Shown: one piece after another, positions 19,901-29,108 of the stretch
How the letters are laid out: each line of letters starts with the position of its first letter
Numbering within the stretch: the first letter of the stretch is position 1
Assembly (NCBI GenBank): GCA_041615815.1
Contig: JBFJCP010000026.1
Coordinates: forward strand, 1 to 64,000
Reading direction: 5' to 3'
Length of the DNA stretch: 64,000 bases
Source: Gemmatimonadales bacterium
GTDB taxonomy: Bacteria > Gemmatimonadota > Gemmatimonadetes > Gemmatimonadales > GWC2-71-9
Translations under genes and position numbers: made by a program
Notes under the pieces: generated by a model
What the model saw: the letters and a program-made list of their open reading frames with translations, nothing else
The model's database searches: none
What the model was told of the DNA's origin: nothing

Positions 19901-20743
19901 ATGCCGCACTGGTCATCAATTGTGTTTGTCATACTCGGCGGCGCCGTGTTTGGTGCGCCCCTCATGGGTCAGGGTGTGACCAAGTTCGTCCGCTATCACC
20001 ATGAAGAACGGACGTCGTACGGGGTGCTGGAGGGCGAGAACGTTCACCAGCTGGAGGGCGATCTCTTCGCCTCCCCCCGGAAGAGCGGGCGCTCTGTCCC
20101 GTTGAACGCGGTCCGCCTTTTGGCGCCCGTGGAGCCGTCGAAGGTCCTCGCCATCGGTCGTAACTTTCGAAGCCACCTCGCCGGTCGTCCCATTCCCAGC
20201 GCTCCGGGGGTGTTCGTCAAGTTGCCGACGTCCGTGATCGGGCCCGGGGAAGCGATCGTCATTCCCGCTGATGCCCAGGACCTACACTACGAGGGCGAGT
20301 TGGTGATCGTGATCGGGAAGCGGGCCAAAAACGTTACGGTCGAGGACGCACTGGACTATGTCTTTGGGGTAACGGCCGGCAACGATGTGACCGAGCGAAC
20401 CTGGCAGGATACAGACCTGCAATGGGCACGCGCCAAGGGGGCAGACACCTTCGCGCCACTCGGCCCCGCGATCGTCCGCGGTGTGGACTACGGTACGTTA
20501 TTGATCCAAACTCGGGTAAACGGCGAGCTCAAGCAGTCAGAGCGCGCCAAAGACTTGATTTACGACATTCCGACGCTTGTCAGCTACATCAGTCGCTACA
20601 TCACGCTGCTCCCGGGTGACGTGATCTTCACCGGCACACCGGGCTCGACCAGCGCGCTTGCACCCGGCGACGTGGTGGAAGTAGAGGTGGAGGATGTCGG
20701 TATCCTCCGGAATCCGGTGAAAGCGGCGACCGCGCGCCCCTAG
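19901..20743 (+). CDS. Fumarylacetoacetate hydrolase family protein with N-terminal signal peptide
   Basis: HYEGEL, GNDVTER, AKGADTFAPLGP and TLLPGDVIFTGTP. Confidence 0.92.
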   Translation: MPHWSSIVFVILGGAVFGAPLMGQGVTKFVRYHHEERTSYGVLEGENVHQLEGDLFASPRKSGRSVPLNAVRLLAPVEPSKVLAIGRNFRSHLAGRPIPSAPGVFVKLPTSVIGPGEAIVIPADAQDLHYEGELVIVIGKRAKNVTVEDALDYVFGVTAGNDVTERTWQDTDLQWARAKGADTFAPLGPAIVRGVDYGTLLIQTRVNGELKQSERAKDLIYDIPTLVSYISRYITLLPGDVIFTGTPGSTSALAPGDVVEVEVEDVGILRNPVKAATARP

Positions 20744-20788
20744 ATGATGGGTGACCCCGTCCCCCGTCTTGCCAACTCTATCCGCGTT

Positions 20789-21217
20789 CTACTCCCCGAT
20801 GTCGATATCGGGATCGATGACGACGACGTTGGTGTCACCGCCGACGACACACCACAGGGTGATGTTATAGCGGTAGCGGCCAGACGCTCCCGGCACCATG
20901 TCGGCCGCCCGGGCCGGGTTGGTCTTGGTTCCGCGCCGCGGAGCCTGTTGCGTAAATGGCCAGCGGCCGGTCTTGGGCGTGATCTCGAGCGAATCCGAGC
21001 TGGCGTTTCCCTGCAGATTCCATTCGATATCGTCGCCGCGGGCGAGCCTGGCACGCCACGGGCGCACGGACACGTTGATGGCGCCGTTGGCCGAACATCG
21101 AATATCGACGTTTACGGTCACGGTAGCCTCGCCGTCCGCCGAGCCGAGGTCGGTGCCACCGAGCGCCACCGTTGCGATGCCGAGGGCAGCAACCACCAGG
21201 ATGGGAAGGGAGCGCAT
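20789..21217 (-). CDS. Small secreted beta-rich protein ending in IDPDIDI (DP-EP/cupredoxin-like fold candidate)
   Basis: GGAGG RBS before ATG 21217, signal peptide MRSLPILVVAALGIATVALGG, two Cys, and YRYNITL...VIDPDI at the C-terminus. Confidence 0.7.
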   Translation of the reverse strand: MRSLPILVVAALGIATVALGGTDLGSADGEATVTVNVDIRCSANGAINVSVRPWRARLARGDDIEWNLQGNASSDSLEITPKTGRWPFTQQAPRRGTKTNPARAADMVPGASGRYRYNITLWCVVGGDTNVVVIDPDIDIGE

Positions 21218-21372
21218 GAATCCTCCGCCGATTGGGGATAGTGGCGCTAGGTTGTAGGGCGAGACGCCGCTTCGCAAGGGGTCACAAGCTCTCGCGTGGT
21301 GGATCTCGCCAGTCCATCTTTAGGCATCGGCAATTGTTTGTTCCATCACCTTACCCACTCGTGACCTGACGA

Positions 21373-23817
21373 ATGGCCGACGAATCGATTCGTTCATCAC
21401 AGAGCACTTTCGGATCGGAAGCCTCGGAGGTCATGGAGCATCCGGAGCGCATCGGTACCTACCGGATCCTCCAGATCTTGGGCGAGGGGGGGATGGGTCT
21501 CGTCTATGAGGCGGAGCAAACCGAGCCGGTGGTTCGGCGCGTAGCGCTAAAAGTCATGAAGCCCGGTCTCGATACCAGGCAAGTCCTGGCCCGCTTCGAG
21601 GCCGAGCGGCAAGCACTGGCCGTCATGGATCATCCCAACATCGCCAAGGTGCTGGATGCCGGGGTGACGGAGGCCGGACGGCCGTACTTCGTGATGGAGT
21701 TGGTGAAAGGCATCCCCCTCAACGATTATTGTGACTCCTTCAAGCTCTCCACCCGTGCCCGTCTCGTACTGTTCGTCGAGATCTGCCGGGCGGTGCAGCA
21801 TGCGCATCAAAAAGGTGTCATTCACCGAGATCTCAAGCCGTCGAACATCCTCGTCAGCGAGCAGGACGATCGGCCCGTCCCCAAAATCATCGATTTTGGG
21901 GTTGCCAAAGCCATCTCCCAACCGCTGACGGAACGCACGCTCGTGACCGAACACGGGCGGGCCATTGGCACGCCGGCCTACATGAGTCCCGAGCAGGCAG
22001 GTCTGTCCGGCTTGGACATCGATACGCGGACTGACATTTACTCACTGGGCGTCATTCTCTACGAGTTGTTGGTGGGCAGTCTCCCCGTCGAGCCCCGCGA
22101 GGTGGGGGGCATGCCCGAGTTCTTTGCGCAGCTCGTGATGCGGGAGACGGATCCCCCGACGCCGAGTGCCCGCTTCACGAGTCTGGTGGGACACCAACAG
22201 TCCGTGGCGGAATTCCGCCACACCGATCCCAAGTCGCTGATTCGCGAGCTGAGGGGCGATTTGGACTGGATCGTGATGAAAGCGATGGAGAAGGAGCGGG
22301 CGAGGCGGTATGAGACGGCTAATGGGCTCGCGATGGACATCGAGCGACATCTGCAAGAAGAGCCCGTGTTGGCCCGGCCGCCGAGCGCTGCCTACCGCCT
22401 CTCCAAGTTCGTCGCGCGGAACCGAAGCGGGGTTGTTGCCGCGGCGATCGTCGCCATCGCGTTGGCAGGTGGTGCCGTTGCGGCCACGGTGGGTATGGTT
22501 CGGGCCACGCGTGCCGAGGCCGCGACCGCACGCGAAGCTGAGGCACTACGGCAAGTGTCGGGTTTTCTCGTTGGGCTGTTCGCGGTCAACGATCCCAGTG
22601 AGGCGCGCGGCAATTCGGTGACCGCCCGTGAGCTGTTGGACAAAGCGGCGGAACGGATCGATGTGGAGCTGGCGGAGCAGCCACAGGTGCAGGCGCGCCT
22701 CATGCTCACGATGGGAGAGGCGTACCAAAGCCTCGGCTTATACGATCGGGCCGCTCCCATGCTCGAGCGTGGGTTGGCGGTACGGGAAAATGTACACGGC
22801 GAAGACCACCTCCAGGTGGCGGAAGGACTCTTCATGCTCGCCGAGCTCTTCCGGAAGCAAGGGAAATACGACGAGGCAGAACGTCTCTACCAGCGGGCCA
22901 TGGCCATCCAGGAAGCGCGGCTCGGCCCCGCCGCTCCGGCACTGGCCGCCACGCTCGGTGGGCTCGGAACCGCGTACGTGTCGCAAGGGAAGTTTGATGA
23001 GGCGGAGCCACTCCTGGAGCGAGCGCTGGCCATCCGCGAGGACGCCTTCGCACCCGACCATACGGATGTCGGAAGTAGCCTTGGAGCGCTGGGAAGCCTG
23101 TACACCCGGCAAGGGCGCTACGCGGAAGCCGACTCCATGTTCAGCCGGGAACTCGTGATTCGGGAGAAGGCGTTCGGTCCGGATCATCCCGACGTGGCGT
23201 ACACGCTCAGCGATCTCGGTGGTGTCCGGTGGCTCCAAGGCAATCTCGAGGATGCGGACCGCTTCTTCCGACGATCGCTCGATATCCGGACGCGCATGCT
23301 GGGTCCTGACCACCCTGAGTTGGGTTCCATCCTCAACAACCTCGGGGTGCTGGCATGGACGCGGGGAGAGTATCGCGAAGCAGCTGGGCTGTACCAGCGA
23401 GCGCTGGACATCTATGCGAAGGCGCTCGGTCCGAACCATATTCGTGTAGCTGGCGCGCTCAATAACATTGCCGAGACGCATTGGAAGCTCGGGAACGTCG
23501 CCGAGGGAGAGCAATACTTCCGCCGTGCGCTGGCCATCAAGGAGGGGATACTCGAGCCCCTCCACCCCTCCTTGGCCATTACGCTCAACGGCCTCGCGAA
23601 TCTGTACCGGGACGCCGGGCGCTATGCAGATGCAGCGCCGCTGTACCGGCGAGCGCTCTCGATTCGTGAGACGACTCTCGGCGCCACCGACCGTCACGTC
23701 ATCGAAACGCTGTCCGATTGGGCTACCATGCTTCGGGCATCAGGTCAGGCCTCTGCGGCGGATTCGCTCCAAGCCCGGATCGATTCCATCAAGATGGAAA
23801 CGGAGGGCGGATCGTGA
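21373..23817 (+). CDS. Ser/Thr protein kinase with TM helix and ~42-aa TPR repeats (kinesin-light-chain-like)
   Basis: GEGGMGLVY, HRDLKPSN, DFG and GTPAYMSPEQ. Repeated A(E)..Y.RAL.I.E..LGPDHP units. Confidence 0.93.
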   Translation: MADESIRSSQSTFGSEASEVMEHPERIGTYRILQILGEGGMGLVYEAEQTEPVVRRVALKVMKPGLDTRQVLARFEAERQALAVMDHPNIAKVLDAGVTEAGRPYFVMELVKGIPLNDYCDSFKLSTRARLVLFVEICRAVQHAHQKGVIHRDLKPSNILVSEQDDRPVPKIIDFGVAKAISQPLTERTLVTEHGRAIGTPAYMSPEQAGLSGLDIDTRTDIYSLGVILYELLVGSLPVEPREVGGMPEFFAQLVMRETDPPTPSARFTSLVGHQQSVAEFRHTDPKSLIRELRGDLDWIVMKAMEKERARRYETANGLAMDIERHLQEEPVLARPPSAAYRLSKFVARNRSGVVAAAIVAIALAGGAVAATVGMVRATRAEAATAREAEALRQVSGFLVGLFAVNDPSEARGNSVTARELLDKAAERIDVELAEQPQVQARLMLTMGEAYQSLGLYDRAAPMLERGLAVRENVHGEDHLQVAEGLFMLAELFRKQGKYDEAERLYQRAMAIQEARLGPAAPALAATLGGLGTAYVSQGKFDEAEPLLERALAIREDAFAPDHTDVGSSLGALGSLYTRQGRYAEADSMFSRELVIREKAFGPDHPDVAYTLSDLGGVRWLQGNLEDADRFFRRSLDIRTRMLGPDHPELGSILNNLGVLAWTRGEYREAAGLYQRALDIYAKALGPNHIRVAGALNNIAETHWKLGNVAEGEQYFRRALAIKEGILEPLHPSLAITLNGLANLYRDAGRYADAAPLYRRALSIRETTLGATDRHVIETLSDWATMLRASGQASAADSLQARIDSIKMETEGGS

Positions 23818-23915
23818 TAACACCGTGGTCATCCTCGGCAGTGTTCCGTCGACATCCAGCACGCTGTCCTCTGCGCTCGCGCCGCCCGCCCTCGGTGCCC
23901 TGACTCCAGATCCGC

Positions 23916-24950
23916 TTGTCTCTCCCTGATTTCATTCGCTCGATGCCAAAGGTGGAGCTGCACGTGCATCTCGAGGGCTCCATCCAGCCGGAGACGTTGC
24001 TCGAGCTCGCGCGCCGACACCACGTGTCCCTCCCCGCTGACACGGTCCAAGGAATTCGTGATTGGTATCGATTTACGGACTTCGATCATTTTGTCGAGAT
24101 CTACTTGACGGTCTCCGCGTGTGTGAGAACGGTGGCGGATGTCGAACTCGTTGCGCGGGAGTTTTTGATCGGTCAAGCGAAGCAGAACATCAAGTACAGC
24201 GAGGTCACCTATACCGCGGTCACGCATTACCTGCAGAAGCAGCTCCCGTTCGACGATCAGCTGGCGGCGCTCAACCGAGCACGGGAATGGGCGGAGCGGG
24301 AGCTGGGCGTGCAAATGGGTTTGGTGATCGATATTCCGCGCAACCTCCCCGCCACCTATGGGCCAATGATCGCGGACTGGGCCATCGCCGGAATGCAGGA
24401 TGGGGTCGTTGCATTTGGGCTGGGTGGTCCCGAGGTGGGGAATCCGCCCGAGAAATTCGCGGATGCGTTCGAGCGAACACACGCCGCGGGGCTGCCGAGC
24501 GTTCCGCACGCCGGCGAGACGGAGGGGCCTGCGAGCATCTGGGGTGCCCTACAGCGGCTGAACGCCGTGCGGATTGGCCACGGCATACGCTGTTTGGAAG
24601 ATCCGGCGCTCGTCCACGAGCTTCGTACGCGACAGATTCCGCTCGAAGTCTGTCCCACGAGCAACGTATGTCTCGGCGTCGCGCCAAGCATCGAAGAGCA
24701 CCCCCTTCCACGTCTGCTCGAGGCAGGCCTGTACGTCACGCTGAACTCGGACGATCCTCCGATGTTCAACACGACGCTGACAGACGAGTATCTCGTCTGC
24801 GCGAGCGCCTTTGGTTTCGACAACGCGGTCGCGGAGCGTTTTGTCATCAGTGGTGTGCGGGCGTCGTTTTTGGCGCCCCAAGATCGCGAAGCGCTCGAGT
24901 CGACCATCGCAAGCGAGTTCACGCGGCTTCGAGCGACGTTCGCCGGCTAA
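23916..24950 (+). CDS. add: Adenosine/adenine deaminase
   Basis: PKVELHVHLEGS, HAGE, RIGHG, EVCPTSN and NSDDP. TTG start. Confidence 0.92.
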   Translation: MSLPDFIRSMPKVELHVHLEGSIQPETLLELARRHHVSLPADTVQGIRDWYRFTDFDHFVEIYLTVSACVRTVADVELVAREFLIGQAKQNIKYSEVTYTAVTHYLQKQLPFDDQLAALNRAREWAERELGVQMGLVIDIPRNLPATYGPMIADWAIAGMQDGVVAFGLGGPEVGNPPEKFADAFERTHAAGLPSVPHAGETEGPASIWGALQRLNAVRIGHGIRCLEDPALVHELRTRQIPLEVCPTSNVCLGVAPSIEEHPLPRLLEAGLYVTLNSDDPPMFNTTLTDEYLVCASAFGFDNAVAERFVISGVRASFLAPQDREALESTIASEFTRLRATFAG

Positions 24951-24963
24951 CGCTTTCTTCACC

Positions 24964-25180
24964 AGTCTCCTTGCGTACTACGACTCCGCGCAGGTGCTCG
25001 AGCGGCGACGCGCCACGCTACCGGCCGAGCCCACGGTTCCATGGCGAGCTGGGTCTGGCGTACGCGGGTCTCGGACGGCGAGCTGACGCGATCCGCGACG
25101 CGCAGGCCGCCGTGGATCTGCTCCCCGTTTCCAAGAATGCAATGTTCGGCATCGATTGGATTAATCTGGCGACCGCTGCG
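24964..25180 (+). pseudogene. Frameshifted TPR remnant resembling the C-terminus of kinase-TPR proteins
   Basis: AYYDSAQVLERRRATLPAEP in one frame continues as PRFHGELGLAYAGLGRRADAIRDAQAAVDLLPVSKNAMFG in another, with the shift near 25030. No start codon or RBS. Confidence 0.6.
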
Positions 25181-25258
25181 GGGTCACGAAGGCGCTTCGA
25201 GGGGTGGTGACTACGGACGGCTAAGCCGGCTCAATCGACCAGGTCTGCAGTCCCTCGC

Positions 25259-25729
25259 TCACTCGCAGATGTAGCAGAACCCCGTCCCATCCACCGCTTC
25301 CGGCACGTCGCGCTCGGCGTTCACCAGGCACAGAAACCCGAATGGTTCGGCCGCGTCGGGAGGATTGCGAAATTGATGCGGGTCGCCGGGTGCCACATAG
25401 ACGACGTCCCCAAAGCCCACCGCGTAGAGGTAGCAGCCGAACTGGACTTCGCCGTGGCCACGAATCGGGATGACCACGTGTTCATGCTCGTGTTTCTCGA
25501 GCGTGCTGTATCCCCCCGGTGCGATCTCGAAGTACCGCACGTGAAACCGTTGCGATTCGCCTCGCTTGCCTGAGAGCTCGCGGCGCGTGATGCCCTTCCA
25601 CGTGTCTGTGGTTTCCTTGTAGGGCTCGAGTGGGATGTCCTTCCAGGAGAAATCGCCTCGATGCCGGATCACTTTGCTGTGGTTACCGGTAAGGGGTGGG
25701 TGCGGGGGATGCTTGCTCGGCGCGGTCAT
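25259..25729 (-). CDS. Cupin domain protein with C-terminal CxxC
   Basis: RYFEIAPGGYSTLEKHEHEH and PGDPHQFRN. Ends GFCYICE. Confidence 0.88.
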   Translation of the reverse strand: MTAPSKHPPHPPLTGNHSKVIRHRGDFSWKDIPLEPYKETTDTWKGITRRELSGKRGESQRFHVRYFEIAPGGYSTLEKHEHEHVVIPIRGHGEVQFGCYLYAVGFGDVVYVAPGDPHQFRNPPDAAEPFGFLCLVNAERDVPEAVDGTGFCYICE

Positions 25730-25860
25730 GCGGCCTCGGTCTGTCACGTGGCGTCACGAAAAGTAATACATCATCGGAAGCCACGAACCGGTCACGGTCT
25801 GGCCACGCTATCCCTACCCGGGCCAATCGCGTAGCTTTTGTCCCGTTCTCGCAAGGAGCG

Positions 25861-26157
25861 ATGGTGTCGGACGAGAAACCGCGGTTGGGGCCGTTTCTTC
25901 GCCACTACGGGCGGGAGGAGAAGAAGAGTCTTCGTGAGCGCCTGACTGAGGTCGCCCTCATCATCGGGGCCGTGGTCGGTTTCCTCATCGTGCTGGCAGG
26001 GGTGATGTGGAGCTTTTTCCGGTTCCCCATCGCTACCTTCATCGGGTTGGTCGTCGTCTGGGGAGTCGGCTTCCTCGTATTGAGGGTCAAACGGCAGCGG
26101 GCGAAAGCACAAGAGCGCGCGCTTCGCGACGCCCAGCTGCGAGATCGCGACCGGTAG
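25861..26157 (+). CDS. Small two-TM membrane protein
   Basis: AGGAG before ATG 25861, two hydrophobic helices and a basic tail. Confidence 0.7.
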   Translation: MVSDEKPRLGPFLRHYGREEKKSLRERLTEVALIIGAVVGFLIVLAGVMWSFFRFPIATFIGLVVVWGVGFLVLRVKRQRAKAQERALRDAQLRDRDR

Positions 26158-26261
26158 CCCTGGCCTAGAAGCGCCAGCAAGCTCCTGGCCTCATACTCCC
26201 CAGTCCCTTCCCATCCCGGGCCCCAGCCTCAAGATTAGTGGCGCCATCCCCCGGAGGAATC

Positions 26262-28679
26262 ATGCGTGCGTTCCTGCTGATGGGGCTTACCCTCCTCCTG
26301 GCCCCGTCCCTCTCGGCGCAATGGACCCATCGGTATCCCAAGGTCGACGGCTTCCGGCACCACGTGTATCTCGAGGGCTACGAGCTTCCCACTCTCACCA
26401 GCGGACCCATCGATCCCGCACCCTCGCCCGACGGGCACACGGTCGCGTTCTCGTCACGCGGCTGGCTCTGGCTCCTCGCCCTGGAGACGGGAACGGCTCG
26501 GCGAGTAACGACCGGAGCGGCCATGGATTTTCGGCCTGCCTGGTCGCCGGCAGGAGATCGCCTGGCCTTTGTGCGAGATGACGGGTCGGACACGTGGATC
26601 GTGATCCTCGACCTCGCAACCGGTGAGGAGATCGTGGCCGTCAACACCCCCGCCATCGATCTCGATCCGGCATTCGCACCGGATGGGGCCTCGCTCTACT
26701 ACGCCTCGGCCGCGGCGGGCGACATCGATCTCTGGCGTCTCGACCTCGCCGAGGAAACGACGACGCGCGTCACGAGGGACCGGGGCATCGAGCTCAAGCC
26801 GCAGCCGCATCCCGATGGTGTCCGGGTCCTCTTCCTGGCCAAGGCTGGTCCCAACGACATTCGCTTGCTCGACACCCCGTCGGGCGAGCAGACGGTGCTC
26901 CAGACCGAGCGCATCGTCTCCATGACCCGACCGACCCTGAGCCCAGACGGTGCGCTCGTCGCGTACAACTGGCCCACACAGGCACGCTACGAACTGAGGC
27001 TCCTTGCGCTGGACGACCCCGGCACGTCGGTGATGCTGACAGCGTCCGCGGGGCTTCCGCTTACGCCCGCGTGGAGCGCGGACGGACGATCGATCTATTT
27101 CGCGGAAGCGGACGACCGAGAGGTCATGGCACTCAAGCGGATCGACCGGGGCGGAGGAGCGGTCGAGGTCATCCCGGTGCGCCGTTGGGACTGGGGGGAA
27201 CCCACCGCGGTTGTCCGAATCGCCACATACGTCAATGGGGCATCGAGGCCCGCACCAACGCGGTTGAGTGTGGTGGACGGGAACGGGCATCCGGCTGTTC
27301 CCTCAGCGTCTCAGAGCCGCTTTGACGGACAAAACGGGCGGGTATTCTTCTATTCGCCGGGGGTCGTCGAGATCACCGTGCCGGCCGGTTCGGTCACCGT
27401 GTCCGCGGTGCAGGGCATTACGACGCCAGAAGTGACCGTGACAGCGCAGGTGGACGCAGGTGAGGTGCGCGACATGGCCCTCACGCTCGAGGCCGTCTGG
27501 GATCCACGGGATGCCGGATGGATCTCGGGCGATCACCATTTCCATCTGAACTACGGCGGTCAGTATCGACTCACGCCGGACGATCTGTTGCCGATGCTCG
27601 AAGCCGAGGCGCTCGACGTGGCGACGCCCCTTTTGGCCAATCTCCACAACCGATTCGAAGACCAACATCTCTGGAGCTGGCAGCACGCCCGGCGTCCGCT
27701 CGTGCAATTTGGCCAAGAGGTCCGGTCCCATTTCCTCGGCCATCTCGGCTTGATTGGAATTCGCGAGCTGTTCTGGCCGTGGATCTGGGGGCCGGGGTAT
27801 CAGGTGTATGGTACGGACGATCGGCCCAACACCGTGCCGCTCGATCACGCGCACTCGCAAGGCGGCATGGCGATCTACGTGCATCCGTTTGGTAGCGGCG
27901 ACCCCTTTTCGCCCGAGGGGATGCTGCGTGTCCCCGTGGAGCTGGTAGTGGACGGTGTGCTGGGTGACATGGACCTCCTCGAGGTTGCCTGCCTCTGGAG
28001 TGACGAATTGGGAACGAGCGAACTGTGGTATCGCATGCTCAACCTGGGTGTGCCGGTGGCTCCGTCGGCTGGCACCGACGTCATGAACAACTTTTACCGC
28101 ACGATGGCTGTGGGCACGACACGCGTCTATGTGCATACGGGGGGTGAGGTGAATTGGCCCACGTACCTCGCGGCGTTGCGTAGCGGTCGTTCCTTCGTGA
28201 CCACGGGTCCGCTCTTGGACTTTGCGGTGGCGGGATCGCGGCCCGGGGACGCGGTGGTCGGGCGGCGCCGCGTAGAGTGGACGCTCGATCTTCGGTCGGC
28301 GGTACCCGTGGAGCGCGCCGAAGTGCTCGTCAATGGAAGTGTCGCATGGTCGGCGACGGGCCTGGACGCTCCCGGCACCAGGTCGTACCGAGGCACTCTC
28401 GATGTACCCGAGGGTGGGTGGGTTGCCGCGCGCGTCCACGGCGGCCCAACGGGCTGGCCCGCGATGAGCACGTACGCGTTTGCCCATACCTCGCCCGTGT
28501 GGATCGGCACCGTGGGGAGCACCGATACGGGTGCACGACGGCGGGCCGCCCGCGACCTGTTGGCGCTCCTTGACGTGCAAGAGGGGCGTCTACAGGAAGC
28601 CTACGACGGTGTCCAGATCCCGCGTCTCCAGGCACGATTCGACGAGGCGCGCGCGCGCCTCGAGCGGGCGTCGCGATGA
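26262..28679 (+). CDS. Secreted TolB/PD40 beta-propeller fused to a CehA/McbA-like (PHP-type) metallohydrolase
   Basis: Signal peptide, P.WSPDG repeats, WISGDHHFHLNYGG, GTD, GRSFVTTGP and AHTSPVW. Confidence 0.82.
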   Translation: MRAFLLMGLTLLLAPSLSAQWTHRYPKVDGFRHHVYLEGYELPTLTSGPIDPAPSPDGHTVAFSSRGWLWLLALETGTARRVTTGAAMDFRPAWSPAGDRLAFVRDDGSDTWIVILDLATGEEIVAVNTPAIDLDPAFAPDGASLYYASAAAGDIDLWRLDLAEETTTRVTRDRGIELKPQPHPDGVRVLFLAKAGPNDIRLLDTPSGEQTVLQTERIVSMTRPTLSPDGALVAYNWPTQARYELRLLALDDPGTSVMLTASAGLPLTPAWSADGRSIYFAEADDREVMALKRIDRGGGAVEVIPVRRWDWGEPTAVVRIATYVNGASRPAPTRLSVVDGNGHPAVPSASQSRFDGQNGRVFFYSPGVVEITVPAGSVTVSAVQGITTPEVTVTAQVDAGEVRDMALTLEAVWDPRDAGWISGDHHFHLNYGGQYRLTPDDLLPMLEAEALDVATPLLANLHNRFEDQHLWSWQHARRPLVQFGQEVRSHFLGHLGLIGIRELFWPWIWGPGYQVYGTDDRPNTVPLDHAHSQGGMAIYVHPFGSGDPFSPEGMLRVPVELVVDGVLGDMDLLEVACLWSDELGTSELWYRMLNLGVPVAPSAGTDVMNNFYRTMAVGTTRVYVHTGGEVNWPTYLAALRSGRSFVTTGPLLDFAVAGSRPGDAVVGRRRVEWTLDLRSAVPVERAEVLVNGSVAWSATGLDAPGTRSYRGTLDVPEGGWVAARVHGGPTGWPAMSTYAFAHTSPVWIGTVGSTDTGARRRAARDLLALLDVQEGRLQEAYDGVQIPRLQARFDEARARLERASR

Positions 28680-29077
28680 ACGACTTGAACCGCGCCCTCG
28701 GCCGGTTTCTCGAGGACCTACGATCGGGCAGCGATCGACGGTCGTGGGGAGATCGTCGCTCCGGCGATCGACGCGAGATCACCTCGCCGGTGGCCCAAGA
28801 GCGTCGGCGCGCTTACGATCGGCGCACGGCCGATCGTCGCAGAAGCGAGCGGCGCAGCACCAGGTTCTTCGCGTTCACCGAGCGGGAACGGCTCGAGATC
28901 CACTCCATGTTTGCCGATCCCCGAGCGCTAGTCGCCTGTCCGCGTTGTGGTGGGCGCTTGCTCCTCGCCAGTCCCCGGGCCGGGGTGGGTGCTGATGTAA
29001 TCTGCACGAGTTGTCGCGGACGGCTCCAGCTCATCTCGGGACGGCGGGGGGATCCCCCCGGTGAGGACGGTCCGTGA
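28676..29077 (+). CDS. Small protein with seven [D/E]RR repeats and a C4 zinc ribbon
   Basis: ATGA overlap with the upstream stop. DRR/ERR occurs 7 times, followed by CPRC...CTSC. Confidence 0.65.
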   Translation: MNDLNRALGRFLEDLRSGSDRRSWGDRRSGDRREITSPVAQERRRAYDRRTADRRRSERRSTRFFAFTERERLEIHSMFADPRALVACPRCGGRLLLASPRAGVGADVICTSCRGRLQLISGRRGDPPGEDGP

Positions 29078-29108
29078 CCCGGCGCTTCACGATCGACCGC
29101 GGGAGCAC

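Noticed and set aside
20744..21241. 165-aa plus-strand ORF
   Set aside because: The opposite-strand ORF has the RBS, signal peptide and protein-like composition.
25211..25261. Sec read-through of the cupin TGA after CYICE
   Set aside because: The TGA is not at a Cys-motif position, the extension is only 15 codons, and there is no comparable hairpin.
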